A DNA stretch of 64,000 nt, taken from Lama guanicoe (taxonomy: Eukaryota). The notes below the pieces were generated by a model. It saw nothing but the letters and a program-made list of their open reading frames with translations, had not been told where the DNA came from and ran no database searches. Position 1 is the first letter of the stretch. Every line of letters starts with the position of its first letter. Shown one piece after another: positions 42,071-54,939 of the stretch. The stretch lies in assembly GCA_013239625.1 (NCBI GenBank), contig MU054391.1, positions 6,841,824-6,905,823 on the forward strand, given 5' to 3'. A program made the position numbers and the translations under genes.

Positions 42071-43687
42071 GCAACTTCTGCCTCACCTGGAGTGGTCTAG
42101 AAGTGGAGGAAGCTCTGGTGCACGTGTCTTCTTGACCATGTAGACTCCTTGCCTTTGGAGTAGGAATGTCAGGGGGGGACAGGAGTGGGGCCCTCTTAAG
42201 TGTAGGGTGTACACCACTCTTGCCCTGGTCTAGGATGTTACTGCATAGACCCAGCTCAGTTTCCCCTTGCCTGAGGCCCCCGGACAGCCACACCACTCAG
42301 CACCACCCAAAGCAAGGAGAATTGTAGTGGAAAGGAGATCTGAGTGGAAGGACACAGTGGTCTTAACTGATTGTGGTTCAGATATCCTAAAATTTGCATA
42401 TTTAATACAAGCTTATGAATCTATTGCTTGACTCCCTCACAAGTGACTCTTGCAAGTGAGGGGGCCCTGAATTTCACACTAGTATCGTGGTAAATCATCT
42501 CTGCACTAACTATTATCATTCTCATTCTGGGAGGTTCCTGTAACTTGAGGTCTGTCTCTTTCAGATGGCAGCTGAGGCTTCCTATCCTTGGGAAGGGATG
42601 CCACAGGCAAAGGCAGGCAACCAAGATGCCAATTTTTGGTTCGTGAGTTTTTAAATACCTCTATGGCAGAGATTAAAAAAATAATTTTTTTAAGAGAAAG
42701 AGCTTTGAGTTACAAAATCTCATCTTTGGAGCTTCAAAACCCTAATCCTTGAAAGATTTAGGGGATCAAGTTTATGCATGAATAGTATATTTGGAAATAG
42801 ACACATACCTGATTACTCAGAGCCATTTTCCCAACACATCACATTGCTTAAAGATTCCACAGGCTGGAGTCAGTGGCAGAGGATGTGGGGAGGAGGCAGA
42901 AGGAGGGAGAGAAGAAACAGAAACAAGAAGGTTAGATGGAAATTTCCATGTGACCCCCGAGAAAAGGATCCTGGGCCAAGTCCTTAGGGGGATGCACATA
43001 AAAGGAACCCCAGATCCATTTGGGGATTTGGCTCCAAAGAGGACTTTAGCCTTGCTTCCAAAGTGGATCCCTGAGGTGGCAAGTCTCAGAGAACTGCCCC
43101 AAATGAGAGAGGTGAAACAGAGAAGACTGCATGCTGGCAGGACTGAGAGTCCCTAGTGACACCATCACTGCCACCACCACCACCACCACCACCACATTAT
43201 GGGCAACAGCCAAATGTTTCTGAGCTCCCTAGAGGGCTGAAAGAGAGTAGGACCTAGAGACATCTCATAGTGGGGCAGACACTTGTGAATTTGATCTAAT
43301 TACAAGAGACCAGATGGGAACAAGGATGCCTTGAAAGATGCCTGTGTGAGGCGTGGATAGAAGCAAGTTGAGTGGGTGCTCTGGAAGTCACATAGATATA
43401 CATGGAGCCTCTGGGGAAAAATGTGTTAGGAGTTGATGGAGCCAGGTTCATAACTGGCTGAAGAAACTATGAACTGACTGAGATCAAATATCTGCATCTA
43501 TCAGAATGGAGGCTCTATTTAAAATTAAATTATAGAAAAATGAAGTTTCAGTGTTTACCCACGTGAATTGGCAATCGAGGTTTCATATCCCCCACACAGG
43601 ATTACAACAAGGATTGCATGAGACCATCACACAAGTCCCTTAACAAAGTTTCTGCCACGTAATAAGCTCCCAGCAGGTGGTAGCTGG

Positions 43688-44137
43688 GTGTTTTCCTTTT
43701 CCCCCCAGATCTGCTCTGCTCACTTCTCCCTGCCTCTCAGCTGCGGGAAGCTGACCTCACCGACTGCATCCACGGGCCATGTTGCCCTCTGGCTTCCAGC
43801 TGGGTTTGGCCAATGGGAGGCACCTACGGGAAATGGGAGGGGGTGGGAGGCCAGAGCGACGGGGTGCTCATTTCTTGGGTCTGGCAGTGCTCCTGCGTCC
43901 TGGACCTCTGCTGCGGGGACAGCTCTCACTGAGTTCCAGTAACCGCTCCCTCTCTCTGCCCCTCTAGGCCAATGGGTGGCAGGGGCTTTCCTGCTCTGCT
44001 GGTCCTGGGATGCTTGCCTTTCCCATCCTGTTCTCCCCGACCCTGCTTACACCTTTGTTGATAGTCCCTTTATTATGCTCCCATGAATCACCTCTTTGAA
44101 GGATGCCATCTGTTTCCTGCTGGAAGCCTGGATGATA
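43688..44137 (+). mobile_element. ERVL solo LTR (LTR33-like)
   Basis: ttgccctctggcttccagctgggtttggccaatgggaggcac...tgccatctgtttcctgctgg. Confidence 0.75.
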
Positions 44138-45054
44138 GGGGTGTTCTGACTGTCACTTTCAGTTTAAGAATCATCTCTGAATTCCTGTGTGATCCTGGGG
44201 AGTCAGCAATCCTTTCTGAGCCTCAGTTTTCTCATCTGTTAAATGAGAATATAATATCCCAGGCTTTCCTCCTTCAGAGGGATATTGTGGGAATAAATGA
44301 GTCAATATAGGTAAAAACACTCAGGGGGGGAAAAAAGTACAATAGTAACTCTATTAATAGAATTATTAAAGGCAATAATAGTAATAAAATTGTTCCTGCC
44401 CAGAGATTGCCTCCCATCCCTCTCTCTCCTCTCCGGCACGGGAGCAGTGACTGAGCCTTCAGTCTCTGGCAAAGCTGTTGTCCTTTGTTGCAAAGTTCTG
44501 TGCTGCTGAGAGATGAAACTCTGTGACCAGTGATACACAATTCTCAGAGCTGCTGCCACCACATTTTGACAGACGACCGCAGTGGACTCAAAGCTGTGCT
44601 GCAGCCCCGAGGAGCCCCCTCTGGAGCAGACCCCACCCCACCCTGGCAGCCTCCGGGCTGTTTGCTGAGGGCGGAGCCCAGGGCCCCGGTTGGTTACATG
44701 AGCACCAGCATCCCTCCCAGGGTAGCAGAGGGTGGGTTGTGTCTGATCAGTGAGAGCCAGTGTGGCACCCAGGCTGCTCCAAGCTCCAGGCAGAAGGAAA
44801 GTTGCTAGGGAAGTGTGCGTGACCAGGAAGGCTGGAACTGCCCCCAAGTCGAGAGTGAGGACAGTGGCCCTCCAGGGGACAGTGTTAGTTTTCTGTGCCC
44901 ATCTCAATACAGGAGCATGTCCCTGAGGGCTTCTCCTGCGCCTCCTTCCAGCCTGTTAATCCATCAAGTGCTTCCACTGCCTCTTCCTCCCAGCCCATTC
45001 TCCCCACCAGGCCCGCCTGACAAGGGAGAGACACCACGATTAGAAAGGTTAGTT

Positions 45055-45345
45055 GGGGGAGGGTCGAGCTCAGTGGTAGAGCATGTGCTTAGCAAATGCA
45101 CAAGGTCCTGATTTCAATCCCCAGTATCTCCATTTAAAAAATAAAATTAAATAAATAAATGTAAATAAATAAATAAACTTAATCACCCATCCCCCACTTC
45201 CTGAAAATGGTGCTGGAACAACTGGACATCCACATGCAGAAAATTAAAAAAAAGACTGCACACAGACCTTCCACCCTTCGCAAATATTAACTTAAAATGG
45301 ATCATAGACCTAACTGTAAAACACAAAACTATAAAACTCCTAGAA
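45055..45345 (+). mobile_element. Camelid-type SINE joined to an L1 ORF2 fragment
   Basis: SINE 45055-~45200, then aaatggtgctggaacaactggacatccacatgca...aaaactcctagaa; a single outer TSD tagaaaggtta. Confidence 0.8.
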
Positions 45346-46139
45346 AGGTTAATCAGTGGCCTCCATGTGATCAAGAGATCTCTGCCCCACGTTGTTTGAA
45401 ATCAGAAGTCAATACCCCTGGAGCTTCCAAAAGAACAGTGGTGAATCAGTGGTCTGTTTCCTTTCAAAAGCTGACCCCAAAGTCTCACCCCTGATACCAC
45501 TAGCACATGAGGGTTCCATGGGCTTCTGTGGTCCACCCTAGGAACCTAAATCCTCATTAGTTACATGGTACCCATGGGAAAGTCTGTTCTGATCTCAAAC
45601 TCTGCCATCCAGTGGACCTTTTGGACATGGGAAATGCCTGAATTAACTGTAGTCAGACATGTCAAACCCGGCAGTGAGGCTGGCCATAGAAAGCTAGGTG
45701 GGCTTTGCAGAGGGAGAGAGGAAGGGAGAGAAATACAGGTGGCACAACAATGTGGCAACGCTGGGAAAAGGCGGTGGGGGTGGCTGCAGGGCACACGGTG
45801 ACATTCTGTGTCAGCCACCAGACAGCTCAAAAGGGGAGGCTCCCCAGAGCTCATCTTCCTCATGTCCATTTTCCGTCTGGCTCTATTTAATGGAAAACAG
45901 TGTCCGTGGCCCACTCCCTGGGACTTCTCAGGAGAAGCTGTGGGAACAGGAGTGTGAGACTGAGGCCTTCCAGAAGCTTCCAGATTTAAACCAATGCCAT
46001 TGATGAGACAGAATTGCCTATAGAGAGTTGTATTAGAACCAAGTGCCAGGGTATATATTTATCTGTGCCTGAGAGTCTCATCTCTTCTTCTTTTTTTTTT
46101 TTTTAAAGAAAAAGCCACACATTTGGCCAAAACACCAAG

Positions 46140-46535
46140 TGGAAAAAATGTACTGTTGAACAGATATTCAGGATAGTTGCTCAGAATGTCTGAAATGATG
46201 AACTGTGTGAAGAAAATGCCTGTGGTGAATTGTCAGCAAGCTGTATCTGGGGGTCCAAATCCAGGGCCCCTGCCAACTGAGTTCACACAGCCTTAGTGTT
46301 TTTCCATGTCTATTTATAACTGTCCACACATTCACACACAAAAAATGCAATGGACATCCGACTTAGTTTTTAAATGACAAAAATGTTCTAAATGTATCAG
46401 GTTACCGCACGTGAGAGCCTTTAAACGGCTGCGATTAGCCTTCCTTACTGGAGAAAGGATTAATCAATGTGCAGGAAACAACATAACAAGATCCTTTGGG
46501 AATTTGAAAGTATGAAAACAACTTTTAAAAATTTC
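46140..46535 (-). pseudogene. Two adjacent exon relics (46406-46535 and ~46140-46309)
   Basis: First has an AG acceptor and GCG|GTAACC donor and reads KFLKVVFILSNSQRILLCCFLHID; second reads GCVNSVGRGPGFGPPDTAC*QFTTGIFFTQFIISDILSNYPEYLFNSTFF. Confidence 0.45.
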
Positions 46536-46879
46536 CTTTTTAGAAATGCAATTCACTTCAACAAAACTTTATTAGGCACCAGCCACGTGAACGGCTTACT
46601 TGAGACCTAAATATGAGGAGGCCAGTCTTTGGTCCCAAGTTGAGTTTTTTTGTTTTTTGTTTTTTGTTTTTTTGCCGGGCAGGGGGTGAGGGGATGGGTT
46701 ATAGGTAGTGGAATAAAACACATGAAAAGGATGATCAGTGCCTTAATAGAACTGCTGACGAATGTATTAGGCATACAAAAGAGGGAGTGAACTGAAAGTA
46801 ATGGGCATTTGATTGACTCCCAGCACCCGCGGTCATTCCTCCTGTTCCCTTTAGGGAGACACGTGGTTTCAGGGAAGTA

Positions 46880-47340
46880 GATGCTCCCGCCCAGCTGCAG
46901 ATGTCGAACACGTGACTTGGCTTGACCAATCAGTGCACCCCATCTTCCCGGGCACCGTGATTGGCTTGGGGTGACCAAGTGCTCTAAGCTGAACCAATCA
47001 GAATGAAGATCAAGCCTTTGGCTGGAAATGCTGCAAAGATGGCCGTCTTTTCATTGTTGGATGTGAAGGAAGAAGCCCCAGGAGATGCTGAAAGCTATTT
47101 CTTACCTGTGAGGTGAGTCAGCCTCCAGATGGTGTTGACGGCAGACGGTGAATAAGAGACAGAAACAAACTAGTCCCTTAATCACCAAAATATTCCTTAC
47201 CTAACATCATTTTTATTCATAATGTATCACTCACATGAGACAGTAAATTCCCTTATTGCTACCACCAATTTGACTTGTAGTTTTTTTAAATTTCCAACCA
47301 AAATCATCCTTTCCAGCTCAGGATGAAATAGGGTGTACTT
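46880..47340 (+). mobile_element. Old MaLR LTR (MLT1K/L-like)
   Basis: cacgtgacttggcttgaccaatcag...gtgattggc...gaaccaatcaga. Confidence 0.55.
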
Positions 47341-47727
47341 CCTGGAGGCGGTGGCCAATAACCAAAAACTTAAGGATGAGTAGGATTCAGACCAATGATA
47401 TGGGAAAGGCAAGGACGTTCCTGGTGGCTGAACAGTTGCATGCAGCTGGATATGGGCTGAGCCATATGCTAATAAGCTGACCCTGCAAAGACTGGGCTGG
47501 GTCAGATCATGGCAAGTAGTGAAGGATATGCTAAGAAATGTGGTCTTAATTTTGTAGACGCTGTTTGTGAGGGTGTCATGGGAGGCTGTCCCACGCTTCC
47601 TCAAATCTCTCAGGTACCAGGAGTTCATTAAGCGCATTGGCACTTGCTGTTGAGATGATCATGGGTCAAACTTTATAGCAAATGTAAGACAAAGCCAGAA
47701 TGTTCCAGCGAAAAAGCAGAGAGTGAC

Positions 47728-48149
47728 TGTGTTAGTTTCCTTGTGCTGTCACAACAAATCACCACAAACTGGGTGGCTTAAAACAATAAAAATTTAACTC
47801 TTACAGTCTGGAGGCTAGAAGTCCTAAATCACATCAACAGTGTCACACTCCCTCAGAAGACACTAGGGAAGGGTTCTTCCGAGCCCCTTCCCACTTCTGG
47901 TGGTCCCAGGCAGCATCACTCTAAACCCTGCTCTGTCTTCCCGGGGCTGTCTTCCCTCCATCTCTGTGTCCTCTCCCTCTAAGGACTACAGACACCAGTC
48001 ATTGGATTTAGGGCCCGCCCGACATTCAGGATAATTTCATCTTGAGGTACTTAAATAGTTACATCTGCAAAGACTTTTTTTTTCAAGTGAAATCACATTC
48101 TGAGGGTTTGGATGGCATGAATTTTGGAGACACTATACAACCCACTACA
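47728..48149 (-). mobile_element. MaLR solo LTR (MLT1C-like)
   Basis: caccacaaactgggtggcttaaaacaa...ggaggctagaagtcc...caacccactaca. Confidence 0.85.
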
Positions 48150-48226
48150 GTGATCAAAACCCAGAGCCTATATGCTAATGTCCACAATTTGGGGAAAATT
48201 AATGGATAGTAAGCAGCATACTTTAC

Positions 48227-50386
48227 CTGTACCGTTGATTAATGTAACTTTCTTTTTAGTGTACAGTTGAAAATTTGCTTTAAGCACATCCCGACTCTGA
48301 AAAGTCTTGTGAATTCCCTTCTGCTGTTGGCAGGCGTGCAAGCACCCAGATGACTGTGACCTTCATAACCTGAATTTGTAACCTTGGTCTCGTGAGCTCC
48401 TTCAGAACTGACCAGCATATTGAGATTCTATATTGGCATTTCCTGTTTGAAACTAAATGCCTAGTTTCATTGTCTCTGACCGCCCCCCTACTTAATTGAA
48501 TCACCTATTACTGGAATTAAACCAATTTTCTTGGAAATCAGCCAGGAGGTTTTGATTCATGGTCGTTCTGGAGTTTGGGGCGGGGGGAAATGACTTTTTC
48601 ATTAACAACTGACTACATTAACCTTGCTTAACTTCGAAAAATCTAAGATATGTTCTGAGCGATCTGGCGATTTGGATTGCATTTTAATGTACTGCTACAT
48701 GAGAGGCAGTCTTTGGCATATAAATAAATTTTGTCTCAATGCTGCAGTACAGTGTAACGTGATGCAGACAAATTTAGATGAGAGTTAGAGATCCACATTT
48801 AAGTCAAGACTCAGCAGTGCGTGGTGGCACCGATTCAAAGAGCTCAGCTGTGGGGAAGATGGGATGACTGCACATATTCTGCGACGAACTAATCCTGCAT
48901 GTGGGTGGGTGATGACCATCAGACTGCTAGTCACAGCCTGGCCCTGGAGATACTCACTCCGAGGGCTGTCCTTTCATTTTTGATGTTAGCTGTAGGACGC
49001 ATCTTTCATAATTCTTAATCATGTAAGAAAATATTAGGTAAATATGGAACTTGAAGAGGGGAATCAAGGGAAGGAGCTTGGGTTTTCTGTGATTTGGGCA
49101 GATGAGGACACAGTCATCACAATTTGCATGTGTCCTCAGTTTGCAGCCACAGCTTGCTAGGATCTGAGGACATGTCAGATACAGTGACGTCTATGGAGAG
49201 GGAGATGAGGGATAAACGATCTTTAAAAATTCATTTTTTACGGACTGCAGTTTTGGTTTTAAGACCTCAAATGAGTAGTCCGGGAATCCACAAAATTGTG
49301 AAGGAAGTGGTGAGGCTACACAGTGAAAACTCAATGACTTGTCTTTGGAGGATGGTATAACCCATGACTCTGGAGCAGAAATCTCCTCCAGCTCTTGCCC
49401 ATGGAGAAGAGAGGACACCATATCCCAGACCTGACACGGAACTCCAGACCAAGATGAACTGTGTCCACTTTTCTTTCTGAGTATAACGATCCTTGTTGGG
49501 AGGTAGGGCAGAAGGGGAATGTGACTCGTTTCCACTTTCAAGGGTTGCCCTGAAGGATTGTGGTCTGAGAATAAGCAGAGGCTTTACCATCCACAAAAAG
49601 GACTAGCTTAATGAACGTGAGGTTGCCACTGTGAAATCAGAAGCAAGATTTGAGACTTAATTCTGACCTAGTGGTATTGTCATAAATAAACTATTAATAG
49701 AATAATTTCCATTTTGTTTAGTGATTTTAGATGGTTGACAGTAAGGTCACATTGTTTTGCTCTCCAGTTGCATGAAGCAAAGTTCTGGAGGTTCTCTCAG
49801 TAAACCTACAACAGTTTCTCTGTGATGATGAGAACTGGTTTTTTGTGCTTTTCCAGGCAGAATTTCAATAGTGTATTTATTGGACATTCTTAACCATCAT
49901 TTGGAGACATCACCTTGTCCATCTTTGCAGACAGGCTGATAAGGGACATCCAAATCTATGCATGAAGAGAAAGTGGTCCCAGAATTCAGGTAAAATCCTG
50001 CATAACATGGGCTGTATGAGCCCAACTGGACCACTTGACACTTTGAGTCTAAAGAATCTTTCAATTTCTCAGGCTCTGGCAGGAGGAAGAGAACATCTTG
50101 CATATTTATAAAATTCAATGACCTCTTTAATTGTTCCACTTGAAGAAATAGTTGGTTATATTTCTGGACCCCAGTTTTCCAAGGCTTTCCAGAATGGACA
50201 TGTGCCATCAGCACCCCCTGCAGGTCTGAGTCGTTCCTGCCAGGGAATTCCTGGAGGCCCACTTGGAAAATGGTTTCTGGAGAGACTCAGTCGTGTCCCA
50301 AAGATGGAACACCGCTTCAACCGATTGCAATTGACCCATCTTTCTGCCAGGAGCTACACATCCTGGGAAAGTACCTCGGTCTGAGA
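48227..50386 (-). pseudogene. Large (2160 nt) exon relic
   Basis: atttatattcttatag acceptor, CAG|GTAAAG donor. One frame from 50385 to 49267 (~373 codons) has only 6 internal stops by my count; no recognisable repeats inside. Confidence 0.6.
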
Positions 50387-50667
50387 CTATAAGAATATAA
50401 ATATGCCACAGGAGAACACAGAGCCAAACAGGAACTCCCGGGCCCAGGTAGTGAGTTCCTTGCAAAAAAAAAAAATGCATTTTTAAAATATTCTTATCTC
50501 CTTTCTTTGTAAGCACCATGACCCTTTTGTAGATTCATCACACTAAAATTGCCTTGGTGAGAACTTTGTGCTAAGACATGACACACATGCCTGTGGTGTG
50601 TTAAGTCCATACATTATTTCTCAAGAAGATTTGGGTTGTCCCAAACTTCATCTGCTAGTTTCCTGAT

Positions 50668-52230
50668 CCATTCATTTATTCAACAAATATTGTGATAAGC
50701 ATTCTTACAGGTGACTGATATGTGACAGATCTTGTTTCAGGCACCCTGGACAAAGTGAGGACCAAGACAGACTAAGGTCCTATCCTCAGGGAGCTTAAGT
50801 ATCCAGGTGGAAGACACACAATATACAAGAACATGAACAAATGCATAATATAATTTCATGTGGAGAGAGAGCTATAAAGAAAAGTAAATCAGGATAAAGG
50901 GCTGGAGTGACTGCTGAGGTTTACTCTTTTCTAGAGTGTGGTCAAGGTTGGTTCAATCAGAACCTGGATATAAAGTGAGACAACAATCTGTGCCAGGATG
51001 TGGGTGAAGAGCATTTCAGGGGTATAAACAGCAAGTGCAAATGTCCTGGGGCAGGAATGAGCTTGGTGTGTCCCAGAAACAGCAGGAATGCCCATGCAAC
51101 TAGAAGAGAGAGAGTTAAGAGGACCCTATTAGGAGATGGGGTTCAAGAAGGAGGGAAGTGGGCAGGATCCATTATGTAGGATCTTATAGAATATGGTAAG
51201 GAGTTAGGATCCATTTTGAGATGAGAAGCCATTGGAACCCTTGGAGTTGTAGAGCAGTACACTTTGACTTATGCTTTTATTTATTTATTTACTCGTTTAT
51301 TGAAGTGGGGCTGATTTACAATGTTGTGTTAGTTTGTGGTGTACAGCAAAGTGATTCAAATATACATATATATATATATTCAGGTATATGAATATATATA
51401 TATATATCTTTTTCAGATTCTTTTCCATTATAGTTTATTACAAGATAGTGAATGTAGTTCCCTGTGCTATGAAGTAGGACCTTGTTGTTTATCTATTCTA
51501 TATACAGTAGTTTGTATCGGCTAATCCCAGACTCCCAATTTATCCTTCCTCCCTTCCCTCTTTGGTAACCATAAGTTTGTTTTCTCTGTCTATGAGTCTG
51601 TTTCGATTTTGTAAATCAGTTCATTTGTATCATTTTTTTAGATTCCACATACAAGTGGTATCATCATTTAGTATATCATCTCTAGGTCCATCCATTTTGC
51701 TGCAAATGACATTATTTCATTCTCTTTTTATGACAGAGAAGTGTTCCGTTGTATGTATACCATATGTGTATACCACATCTTTATCCATTCATCTGGTCTA
51801 GATTTTTAAAACTTCACTCTGGCTACTGTTTGGAGGGAAGATTCAGGAAGAACACATGTGGAGCCACAGAATCCCGTTGGGTGGTTACTGCAGAAGCTCA
51901 AGTGAGAGGTGACAGAGGCTTGCTGGGAGTCATCGCAGTGGGAGGAAATGGATGCATTCTGGATATATTTTGAGGGTAGAGCCGGAGGACTTGCTGGTGA
52001 ATCGGGTGTGGGAAGTGGGGAAGTGAGAGGAAGAAAGACTTTAATTATGACTCCTGGGTTTGGTCCGGGCAACTGGGCAATTACCTGAGATCGGCAGCTC
52101 GGGGAGGCACCAGTTAGGGTGGGTGGGTTGAATCAGGAGTTCTGCTTGGACAAGTTAAGTGGAAGAAACTTATTAGTCATCCATCTGGAGATGTCGAGCT
52201 GGCAGCAGGATATGTGAGTCTGGAACACAT
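50668..52230 (-). mobile_element. L2 LINE, interrupted by L1 at 51275-51794
   Basis: cattcatttattcaacaaatat tail; cagcaagtgcaaa...tcactctggctact...tggatatattttgagggtagagcc. Confidence 0.8.
51275..51794 (-). mobile_element. Artiodactyl-type L1 3' end
   Basis: gatttacaatgttgtgttagttt...tagttccctgtgctat...tagattccacata. Confidence 0.85.
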
Positions 52231-53007
52231 GCTCGACACAGGAATAACCAGAGGAAACTATTTCTGGAAAGAGGAGCTCTGTTCTGCAGGATGTCGTGAC
52301 ACTGGGTTGGGAACCGCCTCCACTCCTGTGTCTTGATTTTCTTGTTTGTGAAATGGTGGGATTGGCTGGTCTCTAAGGGTCTCTTCCGGCAGGCAAGTCT
52401 GAAGTAGAACTTCAGCACTTCAGTTCAGGGAGCAACAGGCATGGCTGGGCTGCTACAGTTGCAACATTAAACCCAGAAGAGGTATAAGACCCAAAGGAGA
52501 CTGACAGCTTATCTTAGGAATCAGAATTGGAAATGAGTCTTTGCAAAGCAACCATCTCTACTGCTTGTTTCGGAAGAGGGGGTGTAGGGGAAGGAAACCC
52601 TTCAGGGCAGAGGATGAACTTGCTCAAAACAAAGCAGTGTGACACTCAGTGTCAATAAGATCTGGGGAAAAGGGCAGTGAGGTGGCACTACTGTCAGGAC
52701 CCCATTCCTCTTATCACCGTGACTGATACGTATGGACATCTGTGTCTGCGAGGAGCTTTGCAATTCAAGAAAGAAAATGTCAAGAGGATTTTCGGTTTTG
52801 TTTTTTGCTTTGCGTTTTCTCATACTGTCCTAAATTGCCTAGATAAGATTTCAGTTTATTTTTTGTCTCATTTTTCTGAAGGAGTCCTTAATGGAAAGAA
52901 AGCTTGGTGGTTTGTATTTTGTCCTACAGCTTTATAAAGTGCCCTCACATCTCTTACCCCCTCACTTGAGCAGCAAAACAGCACCGTGGGCACAGAAGGT
53001 TATTATC

Positions 53008-53200
53008 TTTTTTTTTTTTTAACATTTTTTTAATTGAGTTATAGTCATTTTACAACGTTGTGTCAAATTCCAGTATAGAGCACAATTTTTCAGTTATACA
53101 TGAACAAATACATATTCATTGTCACATTTTTTTTCGCTTTGAGCTAACATAAGATCTTGTATATATTTCCCTGTGCTATGCAGTATAATCTTGTTTATCT
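53008..53200 (-). mobile_element. Young L1 3' end
   Basis: Poly-T then 3' UTR; TSD gaaggttattatct. Confidence 0.85.
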
Positions 53201-53286
53201 CGGAAGGTTATTATCTAATCCTGTTTTACAGATGAAGAAACTGAAGGTCAGACAGATTAAGTAATGCTTCAAGACCACAAAGACAA

Positions 53287-53400
53287 ACGAATATGAAAAC
53301 GAATATATGTATGTAGATGTATGACTGAAACAAGATGCTGTACACCAGACATTGACACATTTGACTGACTAAACTTCAGTTAAATCAATAAGTAAAGAAA
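53287..53400 (+). mobile_element. Short L1 3' end
   Basis: gaatatgaaaacgaatatatg...gctgtacaccagacattgacaca; TSD-like aagaccaca. Confidence 0.75.
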
Positions 53401-53516
53401 GACCACAGACAATATAGGGCTAAACTTATTTTTGTCCTCAGGCTTTATGGAGCCCTAATTCTTTCCTCTTATTATTCCATTCCACTTTCCAAGCTCAGAG
53501 GCACGATCAAGATTAC

Positions 53517-53792
53517 CTGAACAAATTCCTGATACAGCTATGGCATGATTATTTAGTGCTTTCCTTTTTAGATCGGAATGTCATTTAAAATGACCTTGGT
53601 TTCATTTTTCATGTTGCTCTATTAAGTTCTCCTTACATTGCTAAAGTAACAAGACCTGTGACACACTTCTGAAATCGGTTTTTTGAAGCTCTTCAAATAG
53701 AACCATGAGGCAGGGAAGCAAGTTTAGAGATATTGAGCTTTTTCTTCTACAGTGATATTTGGCAGAAGGGAAGGAAGATCACAGCAATAGGA
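53517..53792 (-). pseudogene. Exon relic, 276 nt
   Basis: gtcttccctctaacag acceptor, CAG|GTAATC donor; SYCCDLPSLLPNITVEEKAQYL*TCFPASWFYLKSF... Confidence 0.55.
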
Positions 53793-53894
53793 CTGTTAGA
53801 GGGAAGACTTAATTATAAGTTCCTGCACTTCAGAGCATGTGAGTTGCAGAATGAGATGGTTAGGTAATTCTGACCCAGAAGAGCTTTATAATTT

Positions 53895-54450
53895 GTTGCA
53901 GTTACTACTGCTGCGTAACAAATTATCCCCCAAATAAGATTACAGTAACCACTTAACTACTCTCACAGACTCTGTGGTCAGGCATTTCCTCCAGAGGGAT
54001 GGCCCTGGAGCCTTATAAAGTCTGGGAAGGCATAATGGCTGGAGGTGGCTCAGCAGCTCGGGCTGGACACTAACGTGCCTGGTGGTTGATCTGGCTGCTG
54101 GGCGGAGCTTCAGCTGGGGCTGTTGACTGGAGAATCCATGTGTGGCCTTTCCATGTGACCTGGGCTTCCTCACAGCATGGAGACTCTTTACGTGGAACCT
54201 CAGGAATCTAAAAGTGAGTGTCCCAGGGAACAAGGAAGAAGCTGCATTGCCTTTTGAAATTAGCCTCAGAAGTCATGCAGTCTTCACTTTCTCACATTCT
54301 GCTGGTTACAAGCAAGTCACAAGCCTATCTAGATTCAGGGCGGGGACACAGCCCCACCTCCTGATGGAGGGGCGGCAAGGTCACACTGTAGGAGAGCATG
54401 CAGGATGGAAGTTACTGTTGCAGCCACTTTCGGAAAACATTGCCTGCCGT
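53895..54450 (-). mobile_element. MaLR LTR (MLT1F-like)
   Basis: ctgctgcgtaacaaattatcccc...gggcttcctcacagcatgg...tagcctcagaagtca. Confidence 0.75.
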
Positions 54451-54699
54451 TCTAGTGAGGATATATTGCCTTTAGGTCTACCAATAGTGACGGGACATGC
54501 TTTTCAACCAAACACCATTAAAGTATGGCTGGGGAGATGACTTATGGCCAATTACAACTGGTCAGGTTTGAATCAGACCTCTCAACTAGCCAGCCAACCA
54601 ACCCAGGAACCAACCTGTCTAAAGCAACACCTAGTAAGTGGCAGATTCTGAGCTAAGGGAACAACACTGAGTCAAAAATGTCTTCATTCTCAAGGAGCT

Positions 54700-54880
54700 C
54701 TTGGATCTTAAACTTTAGTGTACATAAAGCTAGCTGGGGTAGAATTTTAAAATACAGATTCCTGTCTCCCTTCCTCCATCTGAATTCAGTTTGTCACTTC
54801 CATTTGGAGCCCAGGAATCTGCATTGTAACAAGCTCCATGGGTGGTTCTGGTATAGCAGAGGAGGGCACTTTGAGATTCA
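54700..54880. mobile_element. MER5A-like hAT element
   Basis: aaactttagtgtaca...aaaatacagattcct...cccaggaatctgcatt...cactttgaga. Confidence 0.7.
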
Positions 54881-54939
54881 TGGGTCTACCAGAACAAGCA
54901 GTTCAGTACAGTGAGCGAGTATCGAAATCACCCTTTTTG

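Noticed and set aside
46140..46535. Resemblance to ALPK1 (GKFLKVVFILS, LDPQI)
   Set aside because: The two motifs come from opposite ends of ALPK1 but are adjacent here, in different frames, with no alpha-kinase core.
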